NCBI GenBank assembly: GCA_041390305.1
Contig: JAWKQE010000004.1
Location: 194,649 to 258,648, forward strand
Direction: 5' to 3'
From: Candidatus Eiseniibacteriota bacterium
Lineage (GTDB): Bacteria; Eisenbacteria; RBG-16-71-46; CAIMUX01
Length of the DNA: 64,000 nt
Position 1 is the first letter of the stretch; each line of letters starts with the position of its first letter. Position numbers and translations under genes: made by a program. This document shows positions 19,070 to 29,057 of the stretch, one piece after another. The notes below the pieces were generated by a model that did not search any database, was not told where the DNA came from, and was given only the letters and a program-made list of their open reading frames with translations.

Positions 19070-20404
19070 TCACCGCGCCTTCAACCCGCGCAGGAACTCG
19101 ATGCACTCCTCTTCCCCACTCGTCGTCCACCCCTCGTCCATCACGCGGATGAGGAGGTCGATGAGCAGAGGCGCGCGCTTCAGTGCGGCCAGTGGTGCCC
19201 CACCCGCTCGTTGGACCTTCCGGACGAAGAGCTCGGCCACGTCGTCGGCATCGCTGTTGTACTTGTCGTCGAGTCGCTCGAACACCTTGCGGACCCTCTC
19301 CGTGTCGGTGGCGTGACGGAAGAGCGTGGCCGCAATCGCCTCCTCGTCCATGTTGAACGTGGCGAGGTTGAAGCTCCCGGCCTTCCACCAGGACGTGTGC
19401 TGATCGATGAGGTCATAGGCGAAGTCCCGCTCCCTGCTGAGGGACGGGTGGGCGACGAGCCAGGTCGAGCGGAACCGCTCCCAGCCGAGGAGAGAACCGA
19501 CGGGGGCACGTTTCTGGAGCGCCGTGACGATGACCATGAGGGCGAGTGCCTTCGTCGCCGCGACGGCGCAACGGCCGATGTCGCTGAACGAGTCCCCGTT
19601 CTGCCAGGCGTGATCCTCGTGGCTGTGGCCCTCGGCTTCCGCCCCTTCGTAGATCTTGACGTGCGAGATTCGGCCGGGCCCCTTCGGCTGTCCCCGGTCG
19701 GGAGTGCGGGTGGCGTGGGAAGGAGAGAACGAGTCCTGGAGGGCGTGCGCCGCGAAACCGAGCTTGTCCGAGGGAGCGCCGGCGAAGAGTCCGTGCAGTC
19801 GGGTCGCGCCCACTCTGGCGGGCCGATGGGCGACGGACGCGCCCGCGGACCGTGTGGTCGCCGACGCCCCCGCTCCGCCCCCCGCACCCGGGAGGCCTGG
19901 CGCAACCATCGCGGAGCCGGACGTGGATAGGATCGCCCCGAGCTCCGCCTCGCTCAGTCGATCGCGCAGTCGGCGCGAGATCTCGTCGGCGGCTTCCGTG
20001 GCGTTCTTCCGTATCCACTCGACGCCGTCGAGATAGGCGTTGTACGGGCTCTGTCCGTCGAACCGCCGCATGAAGTGGTGCTTCTGCGAACTGTCTCCCC
20101 AGTGGCCGAGCGTGAAGACGTCGATCATGTCCCGGACGACCGCGCCCCAGGCGGGGGTCGGTGTCGAGTTGACGAGGTGGATCAGGCTGCCCTTCACGAG
20201 GTCGACCTCCGACTCCTGAAAGGGGGCGACCGGCCGTTGCGTGGAGATGTTCCCGACGACGGGATTCCGACGGAACTCCGCCTTCAGTTCCACCAGCGCC
20301 CGCATCGTGATCTCATAGTGTCCCTTGAGCTTGCTCACGGAAGTCCTCCTGTCGGTGAGTGGCGCCGGACACGTATCGGGGGGAATCGGCCGGGAGTTGC
20401 TCAC
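19070..20404 (-). CDS. Hypothetical protein with zinc-phospholipase-C/P1-nuclease-like His/Asp motifs; no signal peptide
   Basis: 444-aa ORF of normal composition. Motifs: GHYEITMRAL, HWGDSSQKHHFMR, LGFAAHALQDSFSPSH and GHSHEDHAW. The ~130-aa C-terminal region is unassigned. The function call rests on motifs only. Confidence 0.55.
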   Translation of the reverse strand: MSNSRPIPPDTCPAPLTDRRTSVSKLKGHYEITMRALVELKAEFRRNPVVGNISTQRPVAPFQESEVDLVKGSLIHLVNSTPTPAWGAVVRDMIDVFTLGHWGDSSQKHHFMRRFDGQSPYNAYLDGVEWIRKNATEAADEISRRLRDRLSEAELGAILSTSGSAMVAPGLPGAGGGAGASATTRSAGASVAHRPARVGATRLHGLFAGAPSDKLGFAAHALQDSFSPSHATRTPDRGQPKGPGRISHVKIYEGAEAEGHSHEDHAWQNGDSFSDIGRCAVAATKALALMVIVTALQKRAPVGSLLGWERFRSTWLVAHPSLSRERDFAYDLIDQHTSWWKAGSFNLATFNMDEEAIAATLFRHATDTERVRKVFERLDDKYNSDADDVAELFVRKVQRAGGAPLAALKRAPLLIDLLIRVMDEGWTTSGEEECIEFLRGLKAR

Positions 20405-20547
20405 GAAGTTCTCGGGAGCCGGTCGAAAATCGCCTACCGACCAGCGAAACCGTATTGTGCATCCCAGAGGCTCTGCCCCATCATGCGCGCCATTCTCCGG
20501 AAACGCCGGCAGAGTCCGTGAGTGTCTTCCTCGACCTGAGGGTTTCG

Positions 20548-21174
20548 ATGCTCCATCCTTGGACGCGCCTGAGCTGGATGAGCGACGAGGTCGGCTACGG
20601 TGTCGTGGCGACCCGCTTCATCCCCAAGGGCACGATCGTTTGGGCGCTGGATCCGCTTGACCAGGTTTTCTCGTCCGACGAGGTCAAGAAGTTCGGTCCC
20701 CAGCTCTGGCCACTACTCGAGAGATACAGCTACGTGAACGGGCAGGGTCTGAGAGTCCTCTGCTGGGATCACGGACGCTTCATGAACCACAGCTGCGACC
20801 CGGTGTCCCTGAGCCCGGGGGTGGACTTCGAACTCGCAGTGCGCGACGTCCAGCCGGGCGAAGAGATCACCTGCGACTACAGTTCTCTCAACCTGGAGCA
20901 GGATCTCGCCTGCCTCTGCGGGAGTCCGCACTGTCGTGGGAAGATCAGCAAGGCACAGTTCGCGCGGCTGGCTCCGCTCTGGGATCGCCAGCTCCGAGAG
21001 GCAGTGGCATTCGTGAATCAGGTGGAACAGCCCCTTCTTCCCTGGGTCAAGGAACGCGCACAGCTCGATCACTGGGCCACGCATCCCGGGGAGCTGCCGT
21101 CCGCCTACGGGCACATGACGCGAAAGCGCGACGCCGTCACGCGCTCGGCAAAGAACGGCGTGTCCCAGAGCTGA
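20548..21174 (+). CDS. SET-domain protein (putative lysine methyltransferase)
   Basis: Start trimmed to ATG 20548 (alt 20578). Motifs: GRFMNHSCDPV, GEEITCDY, and post-SET CLCGSPHCRG. Confidence 0.85.
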   Translation: MLHPWTRLSWMSDEVGYGVVATRFIPKGTIVWALDPLDQVFSSDEVKKFGPQLWPLLERYSYVNGQGLRVLCWDHGRFMNHSCDPVSLSPGVDFELAVRDVQPGEEITCDYSSLNLEQDLACLCGSPHCRGKISKAQFARLAPLWDRQLREAVAFVNQVEQPLLPWVKERAQLDHWATHPGELPSAYGHMTRKRDAVTRSAKNGVSQS

Positions 21175-21373
21175 CGTGATGCAGCGCGCCAAGGGATACC
21201 AACTGCGCCCGGCAAGAGCCGAGGACGTGAGGGGACCGGCGGCCTGACCTCTACGAATTGACAGCGAAAGAGTTGGTGCGGATCGTCCGGGTGGGATGAG
21301 GGTGCCGAAGCGGAACGCCCGAGGGATAGCTCCCCCGCCGGTCTGTGGGACACGGCAGCTCGTGCCGGTCGCC

Positions 21374-22159
21374 TCACTCCCCGAGAAGCCGCTTCAGCGC
21401 CTCCGGGTGCCGCCGGGAGAGAACGAGCGACGTCCCGTCCCGGAGGACGACGTCATAGTCCCCGCGGGCCCGTGACCTCAGCTCCGCGACGCGGTCGATC
21501 CGGACCAAGGTCGATCGGTGGATCCGGCAGAAGCGCTCCGGACCGAGCTCCTCCTCCAGCGTTCCCAACGACGTTCGATGGAGGTGGATGGTTCCACCGG
21601 CGTGGATCTCGACGTGATTCCCGGCCCCGGCCACCCAATCGATCTCGTCGACCGCGACGAAGTAGATCCGTCCCGACTCGCGAATCGCGATCCGGGGGGA
21701 CCGGGGCGCTCCGGGTGAGTTGGACCGGTGTTCCTCGAGGAGACGGAGGAGTCTCGCGCCGTAGGTTCCGCTCGCTCCCCCTGGCTCCACCCGATCCTTC
21801 GCCCGCGAGAGAGCCTCGGCGAACCGTTCATCGTCGAACGGCTTGAGCACGTAGTCGACAGCGTTCACCTCGAACGCGTCGACGGCGTACTTGCTGTAGG
21901 CCGTCACGAAGACGACCCAGGGCATCTCGTCCGGAGTGAGTTCCGCCAGGACGTCGAACCCGTTCATCCCCGGCATCTCGACATCGAGGAAGACGAGGTC
22001 GGGATCGAGTTCCCGGATCGCCTCGACCGCATCGGAGCCGTTGCCGCACTCGCCCACTACGTCTACGCCCACGTCGGCGGAGAGCAACACGCGCACGCTG
22101 TCCCGCGCGAGCGGTTCGTCGTCCACGATCAGCACACGCAGCGGCGGGCGCGCGGTCAT
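21374..22159 (-). CDS. LytR/AlgR-family response regulator (REC + LytTR DNA-binding domain)
   Basis: ATG 22159 gives MTARPPLRVLIVDDEPLAR...DLVFLDVEMPGMNG...YVLKPF, followed by a LytTR region (FVAVDEIDWVAGAGNHVEIH). The start overlaps the kinase stop (ATGA). The upstream 372 codons of the 633-aa track ORF are shadow sequence. Confidence 0.9.
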   Translation of the reverse strand: MTARPPLRVLIVDDEPLARDSVRVLLSADVGVDVVGECGNGSDAVEAIRELDPDLVFLDVEMPGMNGFDVLAELTPDEMPWVVFVTAYSKYAVDAFEVNAVDYVLKPFDDERFAEALSRAKDRVEPGGASGTYGARLLRLLEEHRSNSPGAPRSPRIAIRESGRIYFVAVDEIDWVAGAGNHVEIHAGGTIHLHRTSLGTLEEELGPERFCRIHRSTLVRIDRVAELRSRARGDYDVVLRDGTSLVLSRRHPEALKRLLGE

Positions 22160-23331
22160 CGCGAAGCGCCTTCCACCTGCGGGAGAGTCTCGCGCGCTCC
22201 GATCGGTTCGGCAGGGACCGACAGCTTCGCGACGACGAGGCCGTCCGTGCGGTCCAGCTCGAAGCCGGCGTCGTTCCCATAGATCCGTTCGAGGCGCTCG
22301 CGCACGTTCTGCAGGCCGATGCCGAACCCTGCCGGCCGCGGCGCGCCCGCACGGGCGTCGTTCGTCACGACTACCTCCAGCTTCCCTTCGCGCACGGCCA
22401 CTGCCACTCGGACCGCGGTTCGGTCTGGCCCGCCGTTCCTCCCGGGCGCCCCTTCCGCGGCCTTCCTGGATCCACCTCCCACGCCGTGGATCACTGCGTT
22501 CTCGACCAGCGGCTGGAGCAGCATGCTCGGGATGGCGAGGTCCTCCGTCCCCGGCTCCACTTCGACTGCAGTTTCGAGTCGGTCGCGGAAGCGAACCTGC
22601 TGGATCTCGAGGTACTGCCGGACGAACTCGAGCTCCGTGGCGACGCGGACGAACGGTTCGTGCTCGGACTCGAGCGCGTACCGCAGCAGATCGCTGAGAC
22701 GGGACAGCACGCGCAGTGCTCGCCGGTCGTCGGTTCGGATGAGACCCGCGACCGAGTTGAGTGCGCTGAAGAGGAAGTGGGGATGGAGCTGGCTCCTCAG
22801 CGTGCGGAGTTCCGAGCGGGCGAGTTCCTCCTGGATCTCCGCGTTCTGTACGGCGAGCGCCGCCGTCCGGCGCTCGACTTCGCGGCGGTCCAGGAGCCCC
22901 CAGAGCGCGTAGGCAACCGCCGTCAGCACCCAGTAGATGAACCCTTCGTTGAATGCCTGATACGGATAGCTGCGGAGGCCTGCCCAGACGTGCGCGAACG
23001 GGGACTGCCCGTACCAGAGCCGGAGGACGACGACGCTGGCCGGGAAGTACACCGCCGTCCAGAGCAGGCTCGCGCCGACATGGACCGCGAACGCGACAGG
23101 CCACCGTCCCCGGTCTAGTGGGAACCGCCGGGCAAGCCAGAGGATCACCGGCACGACCGCTCCCCACAGGATCCAGACCGACCCGAACTGGCCGACGGTC
23201 GTGAGCCAGCTCGCCGGTCCCGCGGCACCATCCAGGTAGTAGCTCGATGCGCTGATGAGCGTGGTCAGAGCCCATACGACCAGGAAGGCGGCGACCCCGA
23301 GCCGGAGCGAACGTGTGGAAGGAAGGTTCAT
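22156..23331 (-). CDS. LytS/YehU-type sensor histidine kinase
   Basis: ATG 23331 gives MNLPSTRSLRLGVAAFLVVWAL. It has about 5 TM segments, then LRSQLHPHFLFSALNSV (His_kinase box) and an ATPase region (LLQPLVENAVIHG...GIGLQNVRERL). Confidence 0.85.
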   Translation of the reverse strand: MNLPSTRSLRLGVAAFLVVWALTTLISASSYYLDGAAGPASWLTTVGQFGSVWILWGAVVPVILWLARRFPLDRGRWPVAFAVHVGASLLWTAVYFPASVVVLRLWYGQSPFAHVWAGLRSYPYQAFNEGFIYWVLTAVAYALWGLLDRREVERRTAALAVQNAEIQEELARSELRTLRSQLHPHFLFSALNSVAGLIRTDDRRALRVLSRLSDLLRYALESEHEPFVRVATELEFVRQYLEIQQVRFRDRLETAVEVEPGTEDLAIPSMLLQPLVENAVIHGVGGGSRKAAEGAPGRNGGPDRTAVRVAVAVREGKLEVVVTNDARAGAPRPAGFGIGLQNVRERLERIYGNDAGFELDRTDGLVVAKLSVPAEPIGARETLPQVEGASR

Positions 23332-23521
23332 CTGTCGCTCAGGGTAGCACGCGCGGCCCCACGCCCCACACCACGAGCAGCCCCACTCACACCACCCAGA
23401 GCCCCGCTCGCACCACTCGCATTGCCCCACTCGGGATGGGACCGGAGGATGGCCTTCGTCGGGTCGGTCCGCGGCCCGGACGCGATCTGCCGGGGGTCCA
23501 AACGAAGGAGCAAGTCTCGCC

Positions 23522-24703
23522 ATGCGTACTCTCGCCCCACTGGTCTCGCTCTGTCTCCTCTTCGGAATCACGGCCGGGCAGTCGCAAGCTCAACTCGTCG
23601 TCACCCTGGGTGACAATCCGATCGCGATCGACGACGGCCTCACGCTGGACGCCGACGGCAACCTCTTCGGCTCGAGCTTCATCAACGGCGTGAACGGCCA
23701 CCTCCGGATGGTGACGCCGGAAGGCATCGTCTCCGTGTTCTCGTCCGACATCCCGGGCCCCCTCGGCCACGACTTCGGCCCGGATGGGACGCTCTACGTG
23801 GCCAGCTACTACGAGGGCGTCGTGTTCGGGGTCGACTCGAACGGGAACGCGACCCAGCTCGTGAGCGGAATCACGCGGCCATCCGGCGTCGTCTACGGAC
23901 CGGACGGCTACCTCTACGTCACCGAGTACGGGGTGCCGAACAACCACGGGGACTCGATATATCGGGTCGGCCTCGACGGTTCGATCGAACTCTTCGCCTC
24001 AGATCCGCTCTTCGACGGCCCCGTCGGAGTGGACTTCGACGAAGCCGGCAACCTCTACGTCGGGAGCTTCAACCGCGGACACATCACGCGGGTCGCGCCC
24101 GACGGATCAGTAGACTCCCTCGCCACGATTCCCGGACCGAACAACTTCAACACCGGGTACATCTGCTACAAGAACGGGAGCGTCTACGCGACCGGGATCG
24201 GGACGCACAAGATCTACCGACTCGACCCCGGCACAGGAGAGCTCTCGACCTTCGCCGGCACCGGTTCCGCCGGCTACGAAGACGGCGACGCGGCGACCGC
24301 CCGGTTCTTCCAGCCAAACGGCCTCGTCGCGTCCGCCGGTGGCGACACCCTCTACGTCTCGGAGTACGGAAACAAGACCGTGCGGATGATCATCAGCGGA
24401 GATGTCTCGGACGCACCCGCACCGGTCGCAGATGCCGTTTCCCGGATTCAGTTGGAGCAGAGCGTTCCCAACCCGGCGGCGGGATCGACCTCGATCCGCT
24501 ACTCGCTGGCGTCCGAGGAGAGCGTCGTCCTCCAGGTGTTCGATGTGAAGGGGCGGGAGGTCGCTCGGATGGAGGAAGGTGCGCGGACCGCGGGAAGCCA
24601 CGTGCTGGAACTCGAGACCGACGGCCTTCCCAGCGGCGTCTATACGTACCGGCTGCGCGCCGGGGACGAGTCGGTGTCGCGCCGGTTGTCGATCGTGCGG
24701 TAG
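23522..24703 (+). CDS. Secreted NHL/SMP-30-like beta-propeller protein with C-terminal sorting domain
   Basis: Signal peptide MRTLAPLVSLCLLFGITAGQSQA. Blades: GPDGTLYVASY, GPDGYLYVTEY, EAGNLYVGSF, GDTLYVSEY. Tail: VPNPAAGSTSIRY...VFDVKGREV...SGVYTYRLRAGDESVSRRLSIVR. Confidence 0.85.
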   Translation: MRTLAPLVSLCLLFGITAGQSQAQLVVTLGDNPIAIDDGLTLDADGNLFGSSFINGVNGHLRMVTPEGIVSVFSSDIPGPLGHDFGPDGTLYVASYYEGVVFGVDSNGNATQLVSGITRPSGVVYGPDGYLYVTEYGVPNNHGDSIYRVGLDGSIELFASDPLFDGPVGVDFDEAGNLYVGSFNRGHITRVAPDGSVDSLATIPGPNNFNTGYICYKNGSVYATGIGTHKIYRLDPGTGELSTFAGTGSAGYEDGDAATARFFQPNGLVASAGGDTLYVSEYGNKTVRMIISGDVSDAPAPVADAVSRIQLEQSVPNPAAGSTSIRYSLASEESVVLQVFDVKGREVARMEEGARTAGSHVLELETDGLPSGVYTYRLRAGDESVSRRLSIVR

Positions 24704-24792
24704 AGGCCGTCCCAGGGCTCGGCACGATCGCGCGGCTCATGCTGGGTCGGACACGATCGGCAACACCAGCGATTGTCTCTCGACGCGATCGG

Positions 24793-24828
24793 ACGCGCGT
24801 AGCGGAGCCGACGCTCCGCTACGCGCGT
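24793..24828. terminator. Perfect 16-bp-stem hairpin between convergent genes
   Basis: acgcgcgtagcggagc / cgac / gctccgctacgcgcgt, extendable by 2 pairs and followed by tctgagtaccttctct. It lies 90 nt after stop 24703 and 49 nt before the minus-strand stop. Confidence 0.6.
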
Positions 24829-24876
24829 TCTGAGTACCTTCTCTGGTGCTACGCATCCGGAATCGAACTCATGCAG

Positions 24877-26475
24877 CTACTCGATCGGTTCCAAAGGCCC
24901 GGTGACCGCCAGGAGCTGGGCACGGTTTCCGTAGCTACCATACGCATACATGGTTCCATCCGGCGAGAATCCGTACAGGTTCTGGAAGTGACTCGAATCG
25001 CGCGTGACTTCCTGGCCGGACGCATCGATCGTCCGCACTACGTGGCTCCAGTCGCTGAGTGTAATCGCCTCCGCGAATGACAGATACCGCCCTCCGTGAC
25101 GCCACTGAGGGCGGTGCACCCACGTGAACTCGTTCTCGACGAACGTGGTCCCTTCGCCACCTTCCGGGGGTACGAGAACGATCCGTCGGTCCACGGCCAC
25201 CGCGATCTGCGCTCCGGGAGACCAGGAGAAGCCACGGATCTCTTCCCCGGCGGGCGCTGTGTAGACGAGCCGGTCCTCCCCGTTGAAGCGGGAGAAGACG
25301 CGGAGTTCGCCGGCATCCGAGGTCGCATACGCGAGCTCGTACCCGTCCGGCGACCATGCGACCGTCTGCAGTCCGGGCGTGCTCGAGACCTCGAGGATCT
25401 GTGCGTCCGCGCCGGGTCGAATCTTCATCACGGCCAGCTCGCGGGGGCCGGGCTCGCTCCCATCGAGCGACCGCCGGAGAAACGCGACCAGGCGTCCGTT
25501 CGGCGAAACCGAGGGCCAGTACGCGCCCGTGTTCTCATCGGTCAGGACGACCGCCTCACCGCCCCGCGCCGGTCGCCTCACCAGACGGGACGCGAGCGGA
25601 GATCCGGCCATGGCGACTGCATAGACGAGATCCGCCCCGTTCGGGTGCCAAGAAAAGCCATGGAACGAAGCGCGATCGTCCTCGTCCACGATGGTCCGGA
25701 TCCACCTCGGGGTCGTCACCTCGACGACGTTCGAAATGGGGGACCAGGATGGAGCCACCGTGACACTCCGTAGGGCGAAGTAGTACTTCGTCACGTAGTG
25801 GAGCCCCTGGACCCGCAGGATCTGCCGCCTCCCAGGCGCTCCCGGAACGGGTGGGTTCGGAACACGCCACGCGCTCTCCCAGGTCGCATCGATGATGGGA
25901 GAGGTCGAGTAGCGGACGTCGTACGCCGTCGCGGCTCCTTCGGAGACTTCCGGCGCCGCCCAGGTGAGGGTGACCGTCGTCGAGTCAGTGAAGCCTGCGA
26001 GGTCCGTCACCGCCGACGGTGGGGCCAGGGCCGTCACTTGAGCCGACACCGGGTTGGAAAGACTCGAAACGTTCCCCGACTCGTCCGCGATGCGAAGCGA
26101 GAAGTTCCACGTGCCGGGAGCGAGTCCGGTCGCGTCGCACTGCTGCATCTCACCGGGGAGATAGCAGTGCCCGGCCGCGGTGAGAACGCCGGAGCCCCAC
26201 GTTTCATCGGTCAGAGGAGACGTGGATCGACGGATCTCATAGCCGGATGCGCGGCCGTCGAGTCCGTTGTCACCCGTCGAGGTCCACCGGAAGTGAACGG
26301 CGGCGGGCCCGTTGGGCTCGGCAACGAAGTCAGTGGGAGCCGCTGGCGGAGTAGCGTCGCTGGCACTCGTGGAAGGCTCGTCACTGCACGCGTACAAGAG
26401 CACGGGACCGGCGAGGAGTGCGAGAACGAAGGCGATCGTGTGAAAGCGGAGCGGAAGGCGGAACAGGCGCACCAT
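24877..26475 (-). CDS. Lipoprotein with two fibronectin-III-like domains and a TolB-like (PD40) beta-propeller
   Basis: 532-aa ORF with lipobox LLYAC. Two FN3-like units are seen (AVHFRWTSTGDNG...YEIRRS and VTLTWAAP...YDVRYS). PD40-type repeats: WSPDGYELAYA, VSPNGRLVAFL, FSPDGTMYAYG. Confidence 0.85.
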   Translation of the reverse strand: MVRLFRLPLRFHTIAFVLALLAGPVLLYACSDEPSTSASDATPPAAPTDFVAEPNGPAAVHFRWTSTGDNGLDGRASGYEIRRSTSPLTDETWGSGVLTAAGHCYLPGEMQQCDATGLAPGTWNFSLRIADESGNVSSLSNPVSAQVTALAPPSAVTDLAGFTDSTTVTLTWAAPEVSEGAATAYDVRYSTSPIIDATWESAWRVPNPPVPGAPGRRQILRVQGLHYVTKYYFALRSVTVAPSWSPISNVVEVTTPRWIRTIVDEDDRASFHGFSWHPNGADLVYAVAMAGSPLASRLVRRPARGGEAVVLTDENTGAYWPSVSPNGRLVAFLRRSLDGSEPGPRELAVMKIRPGADAQILEVSSTPGLQTVAWSPDGYELAYATSDAGELRVFSRFNGEDRLVYTAPAGEEIRGFSWSPGAQIAVAVDRRIVLVPPEGGEGTTFVENEFTWVHRPQWRHGGRYLSFAEAITLSDWSHVVRTIDASGQEVTRDSSHFQNLYGFSPDGTMYAYGSYGNRAQLLAVTGPLEPIE

Positions 26476-26652
26476 GGTGACCTCCTGCCCGGGCCTCGGA
26501 GCTGCGTCGACAGGCTCGGGAGACCGGTTGGGCCAACCCCACCGGAAAGGTAGGCCTCGGCAGGCCGGGGGTCAATGCCGCCGGGATCCCCGGGACGCAT
26601 AGTGATGAAGGCCCACACCTCGGCGCCGAGCCGATTGACGACGACTCGACCC

Positions 26653-29057
26653 TCAACGGTAGATCGCGACCTTCTGCGTATGCGTTCCGGTCGGCGTTTG
26701 GATCCGCAGGAAGTAGACCCCTCCCGCGAGCGGCACCCCGGACTCACGTCTCGGCGTGACCACGAGGTCGTGCTCACCGGGCGCGAACCACGCTTCCTCC
26801 GCATGGACCCGCCTCCCGTGGACGTCGAGAAGTTCCACCGTCACGCGTCCGGCTTCGGCCAGTCGAAGGGACACGGTCGTCGAACCTGAGAACGGATTCG
26901 GGTACGCGGTCCCGACCCGGATCGGAACGTCGACCGGAGGAAGTCCCGAAGGGCCGGACACCGACGCCTCGTTCGACGGAGCGCCCTCGTTCTCGTGCAC
27001 GTCGATTCCGGTGACGATGTAGTAGAGGTCCCCGGCGGGAGCTCCGGTGTCGACGAACACCGAGTCCACGCTGCCCGCGAGGTAGAACGCCGACTCAGGG
27101 TCGAGGCCGGGTGTATCACTCCGATAGATCAGGTACTCGCGGAGATCGGGCTCGTCTTCACCGGAAGGGCTCCAGGAAAGCACGATGTCGGAGTCGACGC
27201 GCTGCGCGAAGAGAGTGAGGGGAGCTCCGGGCGCGAGGTTGTCGACCGAGTAGCCCTCCATCGACTCGGACTCCCAGAACGTGAACGCGTCTGCGGTGTG
27301 CGCAACGACCTGGAATCTGGTCACTCCCGTGTCGACGGAAACGGAGTCCTGTCGCGTCGCGACGAGCATGCTGTAGCCGGTGGCGTAACGCGCGTCCTGC
27401 GTCCCGACGAACTCCCAGTAGTAGTCCTCGGCGGCGCTCGGACGGAGAGCAGAACCGGCGAATCCCGGATCGATCGACTCGAGCCCGACCCACGAGGTGT
27501 CCTTCGTGTCGCCACCGAGCGCGCCCCGGGCGAACCCGTCGCGGCCGAGTCCGTCGCGCGCGCGCCAGACCGAGTAGTGGCTCACTTCGCGGTCCGGCCT
27601 TGCGTCGCGCCCGCTCGGTAGCCAGTTCACCACGACGAATCCGCCCTGGTCCGCCGGGTTGTCGGAGACGGAGGCGAGAACCGGCTCCGGGTGCCCCCAC
27701 TCACCATTCTCCAGGTCGAGCCGTTGCGCGTAGACGTCGCTGCCGCTCGGCGGTCCATCGAGTCCGATCGGCCGATCGTCGACCCACGCGACGAGAACGC
27801 CGGATCCGTCCACCATCGCAACCGCCGACTTCTGATCGTCGATTTCGCTCACGACGAGCGCGCCCTCGTCCGTCCAGAGAGTGCGGCCGCTGGAGTCGAT
27901 CCGCTGCGCGTAGAGATCGAGTTCGGTGGCGGAGGAACGTGTGTCCTCCCAGACGACGACAGCACCGCCGTTCCCGTCCGGTGCGATCTCGGTCGGAACT
28001 GTCCCAGAGGATCCGTGCAAACCGGACGGCCTCCAGAAGCCCGGGAAGTTTCCGCTGGGCGTCACCCGCTGCCGAAGATGTCGGCACTGGCGGAGAAGAC
28101 AACGACGAACCCGCCTTCTCCATCGTCGACGGGCCGTGCCATGTTCCGCGCCGGTCGCGAGACGCAGACCGTTCGTCTGCCAGAGCGGGAGCCAGGGATA
28201 CGCGTTGCGTGTACACGTGGGTCAGCCCGTCCCGACGATCGTCCCAGGTCAGATACGCCCCGGCCCCTCCATCCGGCACATTGCGCGGATCGGTCTGATC
28301 GTCGATCGCCGCGCAGACCACCACGCCCGAACATCCACGCTCCGATACCTGTCGACATCATCTTCTGGACGTAGATGTCCTTGTCGCCGAACCGAGGGTC
28401 CTACAGAAGCGAGCAACGTCCCCCGTACCGTCGGCCGCGATGACGGGATTCGTCTGTGACTGCGTTTCGAGGCAAGATCGGGACACCGTTGGTCGACCAC
28501 TGGATCGCGCCGCTCCCGTCGACCTTCTGCGCGAAGATGTCGGTGGTCGAGCTCCGCCCATCCTGCCACGCGACGACGGCACTACCGGTACCGTCCGCTG
28601 TGAGACAAGGCGCGGACTGGATTCCGCTGATCGTGCAGAGGCCCACTCCGTCCGCGGCCCAGAGCACGGTGCCGTCGCCCGAAACGCGCTGGGCGTAGAT
28701 ATCCTGATTGCCGCTACGGCCGTCCGCCCACGTCACGAAGACGCCGCCGACGCCGTCCCCCGCGATCCGCGGGGAGACCTGGTCCGCGGCCGCCGCACAA
28801 ACCGCTATGCCGTCAGACGCCCAGAGCGGAGTTCCGAGTGGGTCCACGTGCTGAAGATAGATATCGGCGTTGGTGGTTCCGTTCCGGCGATCGGACCAGA
28901 CCAGGAACGATCCGCCGGCTCCGTCCGTTTCGATCTGGACCTCGGACTGGAGCCCGGGACGACCTCCGACGGGCACGCCGTTCTCGACCCAGGCGGCTCG
29001 GGCCGCAGTCGGAACGAGGCCAATCGCAGCAACGAGAACGGGCAGTAGGGAACGCAT
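26653..29057 (-). pseudogene. Secreted protein built from an unassigned ~55-aa repeat, with FN3-like region and sorting domain; about 6 frame changes within 28062-28480
   Basis: ATG 29057 after GGAGG gives the signal MRSLLPVLVAAIGLVPTAARA. The repeat W..nGv.v....Q..P.i..DG.GG..v.W.D.R....DIYAQR runs through the track ORFs in this order: 28401..29249, 28358..28582 (CLETQSQTNPVIAADGTG), 28062..28361 (DPRFGDKDIYVQKM), 27701..28324 (VVCAAIDDQTDPRNVPDGGAGAYLTWDDRRDGLTHVYTQRV), then LWQTNGLRL and ARPVDDGEGGFVVVFSASADIFG, and finally 26653..28065 (QRVTPSGNF...). Tail: GGVYFLRIQTPTGTHTQKVAIYR. Confidence 0.75.

Noticed and set aside
22160-23275. Upstream 372 codons of the 633-aa track ORF 21374..23275
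   Set aside because: This is shadow sequence of the histidine-kinase gene in another frame (Arg/Pro/Gly-rich). The response regulator starts at ATG 22159 with the canonical REC N-terminus.
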